Below are positions 10,924 to 23,937 of a stretch of DNA of 64,000 nucleotides, piece after piece. The position numbers and the translations under genes were made by a program. Position 1 is the first letter of the stretch. Every line of letters begins with the position of its first letter. The DNA comes from an uncultured delta proteobacterium (GTDB taxonomy: Bacteria > Myxococcota_A > Polyangia > Polyangiales > B10-G4), in assembly GCA_963727445.1 (NCBI GenBank), contig CAVSGI010000006.1, forward strand, positions 544,001 to 608,000, given 5' to 3'. The notes beneath the pieces are model-generated. The model did no database searches. It worked only from the letters and a program-made list of their open reading frames with translations, and was not told the DNA's origin.

Positions 10924-11862
10924 TCAGTCGTTCGCGATCAGCGTGCCCGCCTCTCCGCGTAGCGCGGCGAGGGTGCGCGCAGGATCGGTGATGATCGCGC
11001 GATGCCCCGTCCGCCGTACGAAGGCGGCCGCGGCGTCCATCTTCGGTCCCATGCTTCCGGCGGGGAAATGCCCGTCGTCCGCGAGCACGCCCACCTCGTC
11101 GGGGGTGAGGCGCGACAGGGCCCGCTGTCCGGGACCGAGGTAGTCGGCGTAGGCGCAGGGGACGCCCGTGAGGATGAGGAGCAGGTCGGCGTCGAGGCGC
11201 TCGGCGAGCAGGGCCGAGGCGCGGTCCTTGTCGATCACCGCGTCCACCCCGACCAGTTGGCCGCCGCGGCGAAGCACCGGGATGCCGCCGCCGCCGGCGG
11301 CGACCACCGCGATCCCGAGCGAGAGCAGCCGATCCACGACGTCGGCTTCCACCACCTCGAGGGGAAGGGGGGATGGGACGACGCGACGAAAGCCGCGCCC
11401 CTCTTCCTCGGCGACAGCATACCCGCGCGCCTCGAGCTCACGCGCGCGCGTGCGGTCGTAGCTCGGGCCCACCGGCTTGTCGGGGTGGTCGAAGGCGGGG
11501 TCGGCGGCGTCGACCACGACCTGCGTGAGGATGGAGACGATGGGCCGCGCTCGGCCCGCTTCGCCGAGCACGTTGTAGAGCGACTGCACGAGGACGTAGC
11601 CCAGCTCGCCCTCGGACTCCGCCACACAGACCTCGAGGGGAATCGCGTAGGCCTTGCCCAGCGCCTCTTCGACCCGCGTCAACATGTGACCCACCTGCGG
11701 GCCGTTGCCGTGCGTGAGAAGGACCTCGCGCCCGGGCTCGAAGACCGGCAGCAGCGCACGCATCGCGTCGTGCGCGAAGCGGAATTGGCCGGCCATGGTC
11801 AGCTCTTCGCTGCCCGTCACGAAGGCGTTGCCTCCGAGGGCCACCACCGTGCGCCCTGCCAT
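10924..11862 (-). CDS. arcC: Carbamate kinase
   Basis: VVALGGNA, THGNGPQVG, RRVVPSP, GGGGIPV, VIDKD, GSMGPK motifs. Confidence 0.93.
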   Translation of the reverse strand: MAGRTVVALGGNAFVTGSEELTMAGQFRFAHDAMRALLPVFEPGREVLLTHGNGPQVGHMLTRVEEALGKAYAIPLEVCVAESEGELGYVLVQSLYNVLGEAGRARPIVSILTQVVVDAADPAFDHPDKPVGPSYDRTRARELEARGYAVAEEEGRGFRRVVPSPLPLEVVEADVVDRLLSLGIAVVAAGGGGIPVLRRGGQLVGVDAVIDKDRASALLAERLDADLLLILTGVPCAYADYLGPGQRALSRLTPDEVGVLADDGHFPAGSMGPKMDAAAAFVRRTGHRAIITDPARTLAALRGEAGTLIAND

Positions 11863-11949
11863 CGACCACCATTGTCACAGGCGGGGGCGACGCCGTCGAC
11901 GCGCTCGTGCCCAGAATCGAATTCTGCAGGCGATGCGCGCGCGTGCGGT

Positions 11950-13011
11950 TCAGGCGGACACCACGGGAGCGACGGGCTCTTCTGCCGCGCTCTCCTGCGG
12001 CTCCGGCTCGGGCGCGCGCGTCGCCGCCTTCGCAGGCACGCGCTTTTCGGCGCCTCGTCGGTAGACCTGGCGCACCGAGTAGATCTCTTCGGTGCGCAGG
12101 GTCGTGCGGACCAGGAGCTCGGCGAGGAGACCGACCGCCACCAACAGGATCGAGGTGATGGTCAGGAGCACGCCGAGGGTGAGCAGGGGTCGGGTCCCGA
12201 TCGGCTGGCCCTGAAACCAGATCGCCGTGAGGTAGAGCAGGATCGAGATGCCGACGAAGCCGAGCGCGGCGCCCGGCAGCGCGAAGAAGCGCGCGGGGCG
12301 CATTCGGTAGCGCGTCAGCAGCATCACGATCAGCAGGTCCAAGAAGCCGTCGAAGAAGCGGCCGAGGCCGTACTTCGACTTGCCGTGGACGCGCGGCCGG
12401 TGGTTGACGACCAACTCTTCGATCTGAAAGCCGCGCGCCCCCGCGAGCACCGGCAGGAAGCGGTGCAGGCCCCCGTAGACGCTCATCTCGCGAACGCACT
12501 CGGCGCGGTACGCCTTGAAGCCGCAGTTGAAGTCGCGGAGGTTCACGCCGGAGAGCGGCCGCACCACCGCGTTGAAGAGCTTCGAGGGGAGGGTCTTTCC
12601 GAGGGGATCGTGGCGGCGCTGCTTGTATCCGCTCACCAGATCCGCACCCGCCCGGATCTTGGCGAGGAAGGCCGGGATCATCGCCGGGTCGTCTTGGAGG
12701 TCGGCGTCCATCGTGAGGAGGATCTCCCCGCGCGCCCGCTCGAAGCCCGCCGCCAGGGCCGGCGACTTGCCGAAGTTGCGGCGGAAGTGGATCACCGACA
12801 CCCGACCGTCGCCGTCGGCGATCTCGTCGAGTACCAGGGCGCTCCCGTCGCGACTTCCGTCGTCGATGAAGAGCACCTCGAAGGAGGACCCCTCCGCTTC
12901 GAGGGCGCCGACGATCTGACGGTGCAGCTCCGCGAGGGAGTCCCGCTCGTTGTAGACGGGCACCACCACGGAGATCTCGGGATCCGCTTCCTCTGTCGGT
13001 CGGCTCTCCAT
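11950..13011 (-). CDS. Glycosyltransferase family 2, ArnC/GtrB-like polyprenol-phosphate sugar transferase
   Basis: VVVPVYNE, IDDGSRD, RNFGKS, MDADLQDDP, DFNCGFK; two C-terminal TM helices. Confidence 0.9.
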   Translation of the reverse strand: MESRPTEEADPEISVVVPVYNERDSLAELHRQIVGALEAEGSSFEVLFIDDGSRDGSALVLDEIADGDGRVSVIHFRRNFGKSPALAAGFERARGEILLTMDADLQDDPAMIPAFLAKIRAGADLVSGYKQRRHDPLGKTLPSKLFNAVVRPLSGVNLRDFNCGFKAYRAECVREMSVYGGLHRFLPVLAGARGFQIEELVVNHRPRVHGKSKYGLGRFFDGFLDLLIVMLLTRYRMRPARFFALPGAALGFVGISILLYLTAIWFQGQPIGTRPLLTLGVLLTITSILLVAVGLLAELLVRTTLRTEEIYSVRQVYRRGAEKRVPAKAATRAPEPEPQESAAEEPVAPVVSA

Positions 13012-13138
13012 CGCCGGCGCTCTTCTAGCGCAGGTGGCAGCTCGGCTCCACCGCGGCCCGAGCTTTTCGTGGGGGCGCGCTCGCGCAGTCGGCAAAAACG
13101 CTTGCTTGTCGCCTGGATGACGGTCACTTCACGGGGGC

Positions 13139-14428
13139 ATGCGCAGTGGCGACGGGGCCCTCTCGAACAATCTGACGCTGGTATGGCGCCGCCGCGCGGC
13201 GTGGTCGGCAGGGCTCTGCCTGCTCTTTCTGGCCGTCGTTCAGAACCCTGCCCACCGTGGAGGAAACACCGCGAGCCGGCTTGCCACCGTCGAGTCGCTC
13301 GTCGACCGGGGGACCTGGGACATCTCGGACAGCCCCTTCCTCGAGGAGACCCACGACTACGTCGTCCTCGACGGGCGTGCGCTCAGCTCCAAGCCGCCCT
13401 TGCTCCCCGCCGCGGCCGCCGGCGTCTACTTCGCGATCCACCAACTGACGGGTCTGTCCCTCGTTCGCGACATCGGGATCGTCCACCGGCTCCTGATCCT
13501 CTTCACCGAGATCCCGGCGCAAGCGCTGCTGCTCCTCTTCGGATGGCGGCTCCTCGGCCTCTTCACCGACGACCCACGTGCCCGGGGCTGGACCTTCCTC
13601 GTCCTGTGCTTCGGTTTTTTGGGCGCCGGGTACGCCACCACGCTGAACAATCACAGCCCTGCCGCTGCGGCAGCGGTGGTGGGGCTCTACTTCGCGACCC
13701 GCGCCTTTCGCGCAGAAGTGCCGGAGGCGCGCGACCTGGCACTCGCCGGATTGGCGCTGGGCCTGTTGCCGACGCTCGATCTCCCCTCCGCGCTGATCAG
13801 CGCCTGCATCGGGCTCCCGCTCGCCGTGCGTCATCCGAAGAGAGTCGCGCTCTTCCTCGTCGGCCCCGCGCTCGTGCCCGTGGCGGCGTCGCTGCTCTTG
13901 ACCTACTCCGCGACCGGCGGCCTCTCACCCATCTACGCCCGCGGCGACCTCTATCACTACGAGGGTAGCTACTGGGACGCTCCGCAGGGGATGGACGCGC
14001 TTCACGAGCCCAAGTGGATCTACGTCCTGAACCTGCTCGTCGGCCATCACGGCTTCTTCCTGATGACGCCGGTCTTCGTCTACGCCCTCGGTGAGGCATG
14101 GCATCAGCTTCGCGCGAGGGGCCCCGGTCGCCACCTCGCCTGGGCCGCGCTCGTGAGCTTTGCGGGGATCCTCTTCGCCTACGTGATGCGCTCGGGCAAC
14201 TACGGCGGCGCCTGCGTGGGCGTGCGCTGGCTGATCCCGGTGATGCCGCTCTTCGTCTTGCTCCTCGCGCCGAAGCTCGCGCGCGACTCGACGCAGGACT
14301 CGTGGCTCTTTCGCTTCGCCTTCTTCGTTTCCGTCGTTTCCTTCGTGAATGCCGCCGTCCATCCGTGGTCGCACTCCGGCATCCACTTCCTCTTTCACCA
14401 GTTCGTGGACACCGGCGCTCTGCTCTAG
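13139..14428 (+). CDS. Polytopic membrane protein, probable GT-C fold glycosyltransferase
   Basis: Many TM segments, loop SRLATVESLVDRG...SSKPP, late GVRWLIP motif; divergent from the GT2 gene. Confidence 0.6.
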   Translation: MRSGDGALSNNLTLVWRRRAAWSAGLCLLFLAVVQNPAHRGGNTASRLATVESLVDRGTWDISDSPFLEETHDYVVLDGRALSSKPPLLPAAAAGVYFAIHQLTGLSLVRDIGIVHRLLILFTEIPAQALLLLFGWRLLGLFTDDPRARGWTFLVLCFGFLGAGYATTLNNHSPAAAAAVVGLYFATRAFRAEVPEARDLALAGLALGLLPTLDLPSALISACIGLPLAVRHPKRVALFLVGPALVPVAASLLLTYSATGGLSPIYARGDLYHYEGSYWDAPQGMDALHEPKWIYVLNLLVGHHGFFLMTPVFVYALGEAWHQLRARGPGRHLAWAALVSFAGILFAYVMRSGNYGGACVGVRWLIPVMPLFVLLLAPKLARDSTQDSWLFRFAFFVSVVSFVNAAVHPWSHSGIHFLFHQFVDTGALL

Positions 14429-14434
14429 CCGACG

Positions 14435-14935
14435 TCAGCGGCGCTGCCGGATCGCCGTCGCGAGGCGACGCAGTTCGCGCTTGATGAGCTCGTTGTTCGG
14501 CTCGAGCTCCTTGGCCCGCTTCATGATCTTCCAGGCCTGCGTTGGATCGGACGCTTCGACCGCGAGCGCCCGTTGATACCACTGCATCGCTTCGGTCGTC
14601 GCCACACGCGGCTCGCTGGCCTTCTTCTGCGGGTTGAGGACGCGGCCGGCGTTGTCGCGTTGTTCGGCGGTGAGCCGGCGGATGCCCTTCTCGAGCGCGA
14701 GGTCGTAGAGACGACGTGCGGCAGGATCCACGAGCACCTGCAGGCCCTCGGCGCCCCGACGGTAGATTCGCGTCGCGCGTTCGCGCTTCTCTTCGGCCGA
14801 GGCGGCGAAGCGATCCGGGTGATACTTGCGCGCGAAGGCGCGGAAGGACTTCTTCACCTCGGCGATCGACGCGTCGCGCTCGACGCCCAGCAGGTCGTAG
14901 TAGTTGAGGCGGTCGAGCTCTGCGTCGCCGGACAT
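14435..14935 (-). CDS. J-domain protein with C-terminal TPR-like helices
   Basis: NYYDLLGV, KYHPD motif, RRLYD; tail AKELEPNNE. Confidence 0.88.
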   Translation of the reverse strand: MSGDAELDRLNYYDLLGVERDASIAEVKKSFRAFARKYHPDRFAASAEEKRERATRIYRRGAEGLQVLVDPAARRLYDLALEKGIRRLTAEQRDNAGRVLNPQKKASEPRVATTEAMQWYQRALAVEASDPTQAWKIMKRAKELEPNNELIKRELRRLATAIRQRR

Positions 14936-14938
14936 CGC

Positions 14939-17356
<2,418 letters not shown>

Positions 17357-17408
17357 GGAGCCGAATCCTACACCCGCCGGGCCGCTCATCGACCCCCGAA
17401 TCGCTCCA

Positions 17409-18200
17409 TCAACTCGACTCGGACGCGAGGCGTGGCGTGAGGCGGTCCATCGTCCAGCGGGTGATGGTCGGGAAGTAGCGTGCGAGGGCGTTCATCCTCG
17501 GATAGATGACGCGGGCCCGGTCGCGCTCGACCGCACGCCGCACCAGTCGGGCCAGGGTCGCTGCGTCACCGCGAGGCTGCATGCGCATGGCGGCGGAGCT
17601 CTCGTAAGCAGCCAGCCCATCGCGCGCCATGTCGGTCATGATGATCCCCGGGTAGACCGTGACCACCGAAACGCCACTGCCCCGAAGCTCGCCGCGGAGC
17701 GCCTCGCTCGCGCCCGCGATGCCCGCCTTCGAAGCGTTGTAGTAGGTCATGCCCGGCGTCGGGGCGAGGGAGGCCATCGAGGCGATGTTCACGATCGCGC
17801 CGCGCTTCGCGTCGACCATCGACGGCAGCACATCACGGATCAGCCGAAGGGGCACCACCAGGTTCAAGTGCAGCGAGCGCTCGCCGGCTTCGACGTCCAC
17901 CGAGTGACTCGGCGCGATCACCTGAACGCCCGCGTTGTTGACGAGCAACCCGACGTCGCCGTGTCGCATGGTTGCCTTCGCGAGCCAACCATCCGCATCG
18001 GCGACGAGGTCCACCGCGAGCGTCAGCGGCTCTCGCCCGCCCGCGTCGCGGATTTCCGCGGCGAGTGTTTCGAGCGCGTCGGCGCGGCGAGCGACCAGGG
18101 TGAGCCGCGCCCCCGCGCGGCCCAGCTCCAGCGCGAGGGCCCGGCCGATACCGGCGGAGGCGCCGGTCACCACGGCATGTGCATCCTCGAGGCTCACCAC
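17409..18200 (-). CDS. Short-chain dehydrogenase/reductase
   Basis: [17 protein letters not shown] motifs; GTG start estimated. Confidence 0.9.
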   Translation of the reverse strand: MVSLEDAHAVVTGASAGIGRALALELGRAGARLTLVARRADALETLAAEIRDAGGREPLTLAVDLVADADGWLAKATMRHGDVGLLVNNAGVQVIAPSHSVDVEAGERSLHLNLVVPLRLIRDVLPSMVDAKRGAIVNIASMASLAPTPGMTYYNASKAGIAGASEALRGELRGSGVSVVTVYPGIIMTDMARDGLAAYESSAAMRMQPRGDAATLARLVRRAVERDRARVIYPRMNALARYFPTITRWTMDRLTPRLASESS

Positions 18201-18336
18201 GACCCCCGTGATACGCGGGCCCAGCCCGAGACCTTCCCTCAGGCCCGGAGCGGGATGGGGATCGGGCGGAACGAGAAGGTTGGGTATCCTGGCGGAGCGA
18301 CCCGAGCAGAGTTCCAGGGACGCGATCGCACCCGCC

Positions 18337-19029
18337 ATGAACAGACACACGGAGCGTCACTATGCGGCTCGTATTGGGTGGTTGAGAGCTGCTGTGCTCG
18401 GGGCCAACGACGGTATCGTTTCAACAGCGAGTCTGGTCATCGGGGTGGCCGCCGCGGGGGCGGACGAATCGGGGGTGATGGTCGCGGGCATCGCCGGACT
18501 CGTGGCTGGCGCCATGTCGATGGCGGCTGGGGAGTACGTGTCGGTCAGCTCGCAGGCCGATACGGAAGAAGCCGACGTCGACCGCGAGCGACGCGAGCTT
18601 GCCGCTGCGCCGATGCGGGAACGCGAGGAGCTCGCGGCCATCTATGTCGGACGCGGGCTCGACGAGTCGCTTGCGCGCGAGGTAGCCGAGCAGCTGATGG
18701 AACATGACGCGCTGGGAGCGCATGCTCGGGACGAGCTCGGACTCTCCAATGTACACACGGCTCGTCCGGTTCAAGCAGCGCTCGCTTCCGCGTCGACCTT
18801 CGCGGTTGGAGCTGCGGTGCCGCTGATCATCGCGTTCGTCAGCCCGTCCACGGTCCTGATCGGCTCGGTGGCGGGCGGATGTCTCCTCGCTCTCGCAGCA
18901 ATGGGAGCCTTGGCCGCGCGCGCCGGGGGCGCTCGCATCTGGGTCGGAGCGGCTCGCGTTCTCTTGTGGGGAGCGTCGGCGATGGCAGCCACGGCTGCCG
19001 CGGGCGCGCTATTCGGAGCGACGGGCTGA
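18337..19029 (+). CDS. VIT1/CCC1 family Fe/Mn transporter
   Basis: LRAAVLGANDGIVS, GAMSMAAGEYVSVSSQ, HARDELG motifs. Confidence 0.93.
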   Translation: MNRHTERHYAARIGWLRAAVLGANDGIVSTASLVIGVAAAGADESGVMVAGIAGLVAGAMSMAAGEYVSVSSQADTEEADVDRERRELAAAPMREREELAAIYVGRGLDESLAREVAEQLMEHDALGAHARDELGLSNVHTARPVQAALASASTFAVGAAVPLIIAFVSPSTVLIGSVAGGCLLALAAMGALAARAGGARIWVGAARVLLWGASAMAATAAAGALFGATG

Positions 19030-19064
19030 GGCTGACTCGGTCGAGGCAACCGGGCCCGGTCTCG

Positions 19065-21404
19065 TCAACTGCAGCTACCCTCGTCGCAGAAGCTGCCGCC
19101 GCAGCACTCCCGACCCTCGAGGCACGAGGCACCCGATTCACGGCACGCGCACCGCCCCGAGACGCACGCCATCTCGCCGCAGCACTCCGCCGAGCTCTCA
19201 CAGGCATCTCCGCTGCTGCGGCAGCACGCGAATCCGCCGCCGGGGGATTGCCCGCACACGAGCGTCCCGCAGCACGCGCCAACCTCCGTGTAGTCGCACG
19301 CCTGTTCGACGAGACCGGCGCTTCCGCACTCGACGCAGTCGCCGTTGACGCAGCCGAGCCCCTCGCAGCAATCGGTGTCGCTGCCGCACGGAGCATAGGC
19401 GCCACCGCAGACCCCGGGACAGTCGAGCTCGCTTCGAATCACCCCGTCGCTGCCCGATGAGGTGGGCTCGCCGCACCGTCCGGTCGAATCGTCCCACTCA
19501 CAGGTGACGCCGCTTCGCAGACACTCCCGGCAGCTCGCTGCGTCACCACACGTCGCCTCGGTGTTGTCACAGGCGAACCCGTACCAGTCCCAGTCGGAGC
19601 CGCAGGTGCTGCCGATCTCGGGATCGCCGCTCGCTCCGAAGAAGCCACCCGGCATGCATTGATCGGATCCATCGCACCAACCACAACCAGCGGCGTCGAC
19701 GCACGCGCCGCAGTCGGTGATGAGCGCGCACTCGTCGTAGCCACACATCGCACGCGTGCCGCGGTAGGAGTCGCATGACTCGCGATCGGGAACGTCGTCA
19801 CCCCCCACGACGCACTTGGCGGATGCAGCGCCCGGCGCGACGACGCCCACCGAGCCGCCGGCGCACCATCCGCACCCGTCCAACTGGGCGCACTCGCCGC
19901 AGTCGGAGGATGCGGCCCCACAGTCGTTGCACTGGTCGGCGGCGTTTCGGGGGTCGTAACAGGAAGCGGTGCGGCGCGCTGTCGAGTAGCAGCTGTGGTT
20001 GCTGGCGCACCAGGTGCACCCTTCGGCCGCAACGCACGTGCCGCAGTCGGAGGAGGCCGCGCAGGCGTCCATCGTCCGCGGGCAGACCTCGGGGTGCGCC
20101 CCTCCTTCGCACGTCGCCGACGCCAGCTGACATCCAGCGCCCTCGCACCACGCGCAACCCGAGAGCGGGGTGCACGTGGCGCAGTCGCTGGCATGCGTGC
20201 ACGGGTCTTCCGGCGTGTCCATCCCTGCATCGCCCGTCCCCGCGTCTCCGGCTCCCGCATCGGCCGACGGCGCTGCCTCGCAGGCATTTCCGGGGAGATC
20301 TGTGCGTATGTCGTCCAGGGCCGCGCCGTAGCGCGCGTACTGCGTCACGTAGTCGTAGTCCATTGTGCCGTACCCGCCGTCACCCCACTCCTTGCCCCAC
20401 GAGTTGAGGAACTGAAACCGGCCGGTGGCGTCGTCGTAGCCAGTGATGACGAGGGCGTGGTAGCCGTCCAGACACATCGCGTCACGGCAGCTCTCGTCTC
20501 TGCAGGCACATGGATTCTCGGGGTCGGGGCGCCGGATGTAAGCGTCTTCGCGGCTCCAGTCGGTTCGCGTGCTCGTCCCGTGCTTGCGGGCGGAGAACAC
20601 CGGGATGCCGATGATGATCTCGCGTTCGGAGGCGAGCTCGCGCTTGATGGCGTCCAGGTCGCGGATGTCGACGTCGTGGCTGCCTGTCGCCTGATGGGAG
20701 GCCATGTCGAGTACGCTGTCGGACGGGCGATCGTTGTTGAGGCCTCGGCCATTCGCGACGTAGGGCCAGGCGTCGTTGTCGACGATGGGGGTGTCGACGA
20801 GCTGTTGAAGCGCCTCGCGGCCGTTCCAGCCACCCGCGCAGCTGCCGAAGGGTGCCCCACCTCGGTGGCGCGATCGAAGGTGTGCTTCGGAGAGCTCGGG
20901 GACGTCGCAGCCCTTGCTGCAGTGAAGCGCTTCGAGCACCGCGACCGCCGCATGATCGACGCACCATCCGCACCGCTTCTGATCGCTGACGGATAGACAG
21001 CCGTCGAGGTACTGCGAACGATGATCCGCGCGCGGCGGGAGCACGTCGGGGGCGCGATCGCGAAGCGCGGATCGCGAACCGCCGACCTCTTCGTCGTGGT
21101 CGGTCTCGGTTTCGGGACCGAGCCTGCCGATGGTCCCGTCCTGCGGCGTGCTCATGATGCACACCGGCTCGTCGCGGCCATCTCCCCACGGGTCGAAGAG
21201 GATGCACTCCCCCTCGAGGCGCTGCTCGAGCTCGGAGCCGGGAGCGACCTCGGTTCCCGCGGGAAGCCGCTGGTCGCCTGGCCGCGCTTCGACCGGCGTC
21301 CCGCCGTCGAAGTCCGCCGGGGCGTCGGGCACACACCCCGCGCCTGCCGTGGTGATTGCGAAGGTCGCCGCGAGGAGCGCGGTGCGAAACGGGGGGAGTG
21401 CCAT
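19065..21404 (-). CDS. Lipoprotein: papain-like C1A cysteine protease with PSI-like and knottin-like Cys repeats (paralog A)
   Basis: Lipobox GAGC; QKRCGWC, LSEAH, GYHALVITGYDD, FLNSWG..WGDGGY; about five CxxxxxCxxCxxxxGCxWC repeats, then four CC-containing modules. Confidence 0.85.
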   Translation of the reverse strand: MALPPFRTALLAATFAITTAGAGCVPDAPADFDGGTPVEARPGDQRLPAGTEVAPGSELEQRLEGECILFDPWGDGRDEPVCIMSTPQDGTIGRLGPETETDHDEEVGGSRSALRDRAPDVLPPRADHRSQYLDGCLSVSDQKRCGWCVDHAAVAVLEALHCSKGCDVPELSEAHLRSRHRGGAPFGSCAGGWNGREALQQLVDTPIVDNDAWPYVANGRGLNNDRPSDSVLDMASHQATGSHDVDIRDLDAIKRELASEREIIIGIPVFSARKHGTSTRTDWSREDAYIRRPDPENPCACRDESCRDAMCLDGYHALVITGYDDATGRFQFLNSWGKEWGDGGYGTMDYDYVTQYARYGAALDDIRTDLPGNACEAAPSADAGAGDAGTGDAGMDTPEDPCTHASDCATCTPLSGCAWCEGAGCQLASATCEGGAHPEVCPRTMDACAASSDCGTCVAAEGCTWCASNHSCYSTARRTASCYDPRNAADQCNDCGAASSDCGECAQLDGCGWCAGGSVGVVAPGAASAKCVVGGDDVPDRESCDSYRGTRAMCGYDECALITDCGACVDAAGCGWCDGSDQCMPGGFFGASGDPEIGSTCGSDWDWYGFACDNTEATCGDAASCRECLRSGVTCEWDDSTGRCGEPTSSGSDGVIRSELDCPGVCGGAYAPCGSDTDCCEGLGCVNGDCVECGSAGLVEQACDYTEVGACCGTLVCGQSPGGGFACCRSSGDACESSAECCGEMACVSGRCACRESGASCLEGRECCGGSFCDEGSCS

Positions 21405-21586
21405 CGCGTGCAGGCGTTGCAGGCAACACGCCAAGCGATCGGGAACGGGGATCGGCGGAGCATGGGTGTGCGAATGCGTGTGTGTGCGCTCCACCGAGCG
21501 CACCCTCGAGGCGAGGGGCGCGCGTGGCAGAGCGCAGGGCGCGTCGAGGGCAGCCTCGAGCTCTCGTCTTCGGGTACGATGCCCCC

Positions 21587-23630
21587 ATGCGAGCCGCCGT
21601 CATCTCGATCATCCTGTGGATGGTCGGCTGTGGCGACGATGCTTCGGTCACGGATTCGGGCAGCATGACCGATGCGGCAACCGACGCGCCCACACCCACC
21701 GCGATCGTCGACCCGCCGGTGGAGCCCATGCTCCCCTCGTTCACCCCGTGCCCCAGCGGGTGGCACGAGGTCGCGCTCGATGGGGCCACGGTGTGCGATC
21801 CCTACCCGGAGGCGGGAGGTGCCGATTGCGGGCCCACGGCCGCGCACCTCCCTGGCGCTTCTTCCTGCGCGGAGATCAGCCGTCCGTGCGATGGTGGCTT
21901 TCCGGATCCGCCCGCCGGACGGACGCCCCTCTACGTGCGCGCCGGTGAGAGTGGCGGCGATGGATTCGATCGCCGCACCATTCGGGACGCTGTCCGGAGC
22001 CCTGTCGGTCGCCACCGCCGACAGCGTCGTCCTCGTGGCGGCGGGTACCTATCCCGAGCGTGTGTCCGTGCCGGCGGGAGTTCGCGTGGAAGGCGCGTGC
22101 GCAGCGGAGGTCGTCCTGACCAGCACGGACACCGACTGGAACCACGGCGTATTGGACGTCGGCGGGCCAGACGTCGAGATCGCGCATCTCTCGGTTGTGG
22201 GCTCGGCGCTACCAGGTGTTCTCGTCGAGACCGGCGCGTCCGTGACGCTGGCGGGCGTCTCGCTTCGCCAGACTTCGGGCGCAGCCGTGCTCGCCCTGGG
22301 AGGTGCGGCGATCTTCGACGGCGTGGTCGTCGACGGGGTGGGAACCGATCCTCGCGGCACCTTCGGCCGAGCGCTGGTCATCGAGAACGGCGGTACGGCC
22401 GAGGTACGAGCCACCGACATTCGGCGTACGGGCGACGTGGGGATCTCGGTGGGTCCGCGCAGCACGCTCACCATCGAGGACAGTGTCGTGAGGAACAGCG
22501 CCGGCGGTCGCTCCTTCGGGCGGGGGCTCGAAATCTCGGCCGATGCGTCAGCGGCGGTGCGGCGCGTGCTCGTCGATCACACCATCGGGGCCGGGATCCT
22601 CGTCGGGCGCGGACCCACCACCGGTGCCGGCCCGACGGTGGAAATGGAGCAGGTGGTGATCCGAGACGTGCTGCCCGAGGTCGATGGCGCGCACGGCCGC
22701 GGCTTGGAGGCGCAGACGGTCGGCAGTCTCGTCGCACACCGGCTTCTCATCCAACGGGCGCGAGATGCGGGCGCGATCATCACGGGCGAGGTGCCGGGGG
22801 AGCTCGAGGACCTGGTGATCGCGGACATCGAAAGCGAGATGTCGACAGGCGAGGACGGCTCGGGGGTCGTGGTCCAGATCGGTGGGCTGAGCGTCCGGCG
22901 GGCGCTCTTGGTCCGGGCGAGCGACATCGGACTGGTCGGGCTCCAGGCCGACGTCGAGATGGAGGACGTCACGATCGCGGACACCAAGAGCGAGCTCGGG
23001 ACGAACCTGCGCGGCCGCGGCCTGAGCTTTCAGGACCAGAGCACGCTCACCGCGAGACGCGTCTCCATCCATCGAACGGCGGAGGTGGGGGTCTTTGTCG
23101 CCGGAACCGACGCCACGCTCGAAGACGTTCTCGTCGATGGCGTCGTCTCGGATCGGGGAACGGGACGGTCGGGCAGGGGGCTCTCCATCTCCGATGGATC
23201 GACCGTGACCCTCACGCGCGTGGCCGTGAGGGACGTGCGCGATTTCGGGATCTTCACTCTGGGTTCGGACATCGATGTGATGGCCACCCACGTCTCGGTG
23301 CACTCCGTCCACACCAGAGATTGCGTCTCCGACGGATGCACGAGACACGCGAGCGGAGTTCTCGCCGCACCCAGCGCGACGATCACCCTCGACTCGTTCG
23401 AAGTCGCGGAAGCAGAGCTCTGCGGTCTGATGGTTCTGGAGGGTGGTGCGCTGGATGTCAGCAACGGGGTCGTCCGAGACGCGGAGATTGGCGCCTGCGT
23501 TCAGGCGGATGGCTACGACCTCGGGCGTCTTCAGCGCGGCGTCATCTATCGCGGAAACGGCGTCAATCTGGACTCCCTCGACCTGCCCCTTCCCGAAGCC
23601 GATCCTCCCACCGACCTGGAGTCGATCTGA
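21587..23630 (+). CDS. Lipoprotein with right-handed parallel beta-helix repeats (DUF1565-like start); +1 frameshift at 21965-21966
   Basis: MRAAVISIILWMVGC; removing one T from GGATTCG restores GGDGSIAAPFGTLSGAL...LVAAGTYPE; repeated GRGL motifs. Confidence 0.8.
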
Positions 23631-23679
23631 GTCGCGCGGTGTCAGCCGCCCGAGACGGGCCGGGATCTTCGCTGGTGAG

Positions 23680-23804
23680 CCGTCGGTACTCGATCTCGTG
23701 AACGCCTCTTCGGCGATCTTCGCGATGATGGCGAGCACGCGCTCCCTGTCCTCAGGATGAATGTCACGCTGGTACCCCTCGAAGGTCCCCCCGAAGGTCC
23801 CGGG
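23680..23804 (-). pseudogene. Remnant of a PAS (PAS_3-like) sensor domain
   Basis: Minus strand reads PGTFGGTFEGYQRDIHPEDRERVLAIIAKIAEE, then HEIEYR in a shifted frame; no start or kinase domain. Confidence 0.65.
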
Positions 23805-23909
23805 AAAGACGGCAAGCGTTCACTGCAATATGTGCAGGGTCCGCCACTCCTCGGCGGTCTTCGTGCAGCCGATTCCCCAGGGAGGTGGCGTCGCAAGGAT
23901 CAGGGCGCG

Positions 23910-23925
23910 TGGCACGTCGCGTGCA
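23910..23925 (+). promoter_or_regulatory. Putative sigma-54 (-24/-12) promoter
   Basis: TGGCACGTCGCGTGCA has GG-N10-GC spacing and closely matches TGGCAC-N5-TTGCA, just upstream of ATG 23938. Confidence 0.6.
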
Positions 23926-23937
23926 CCAACATCCGCC

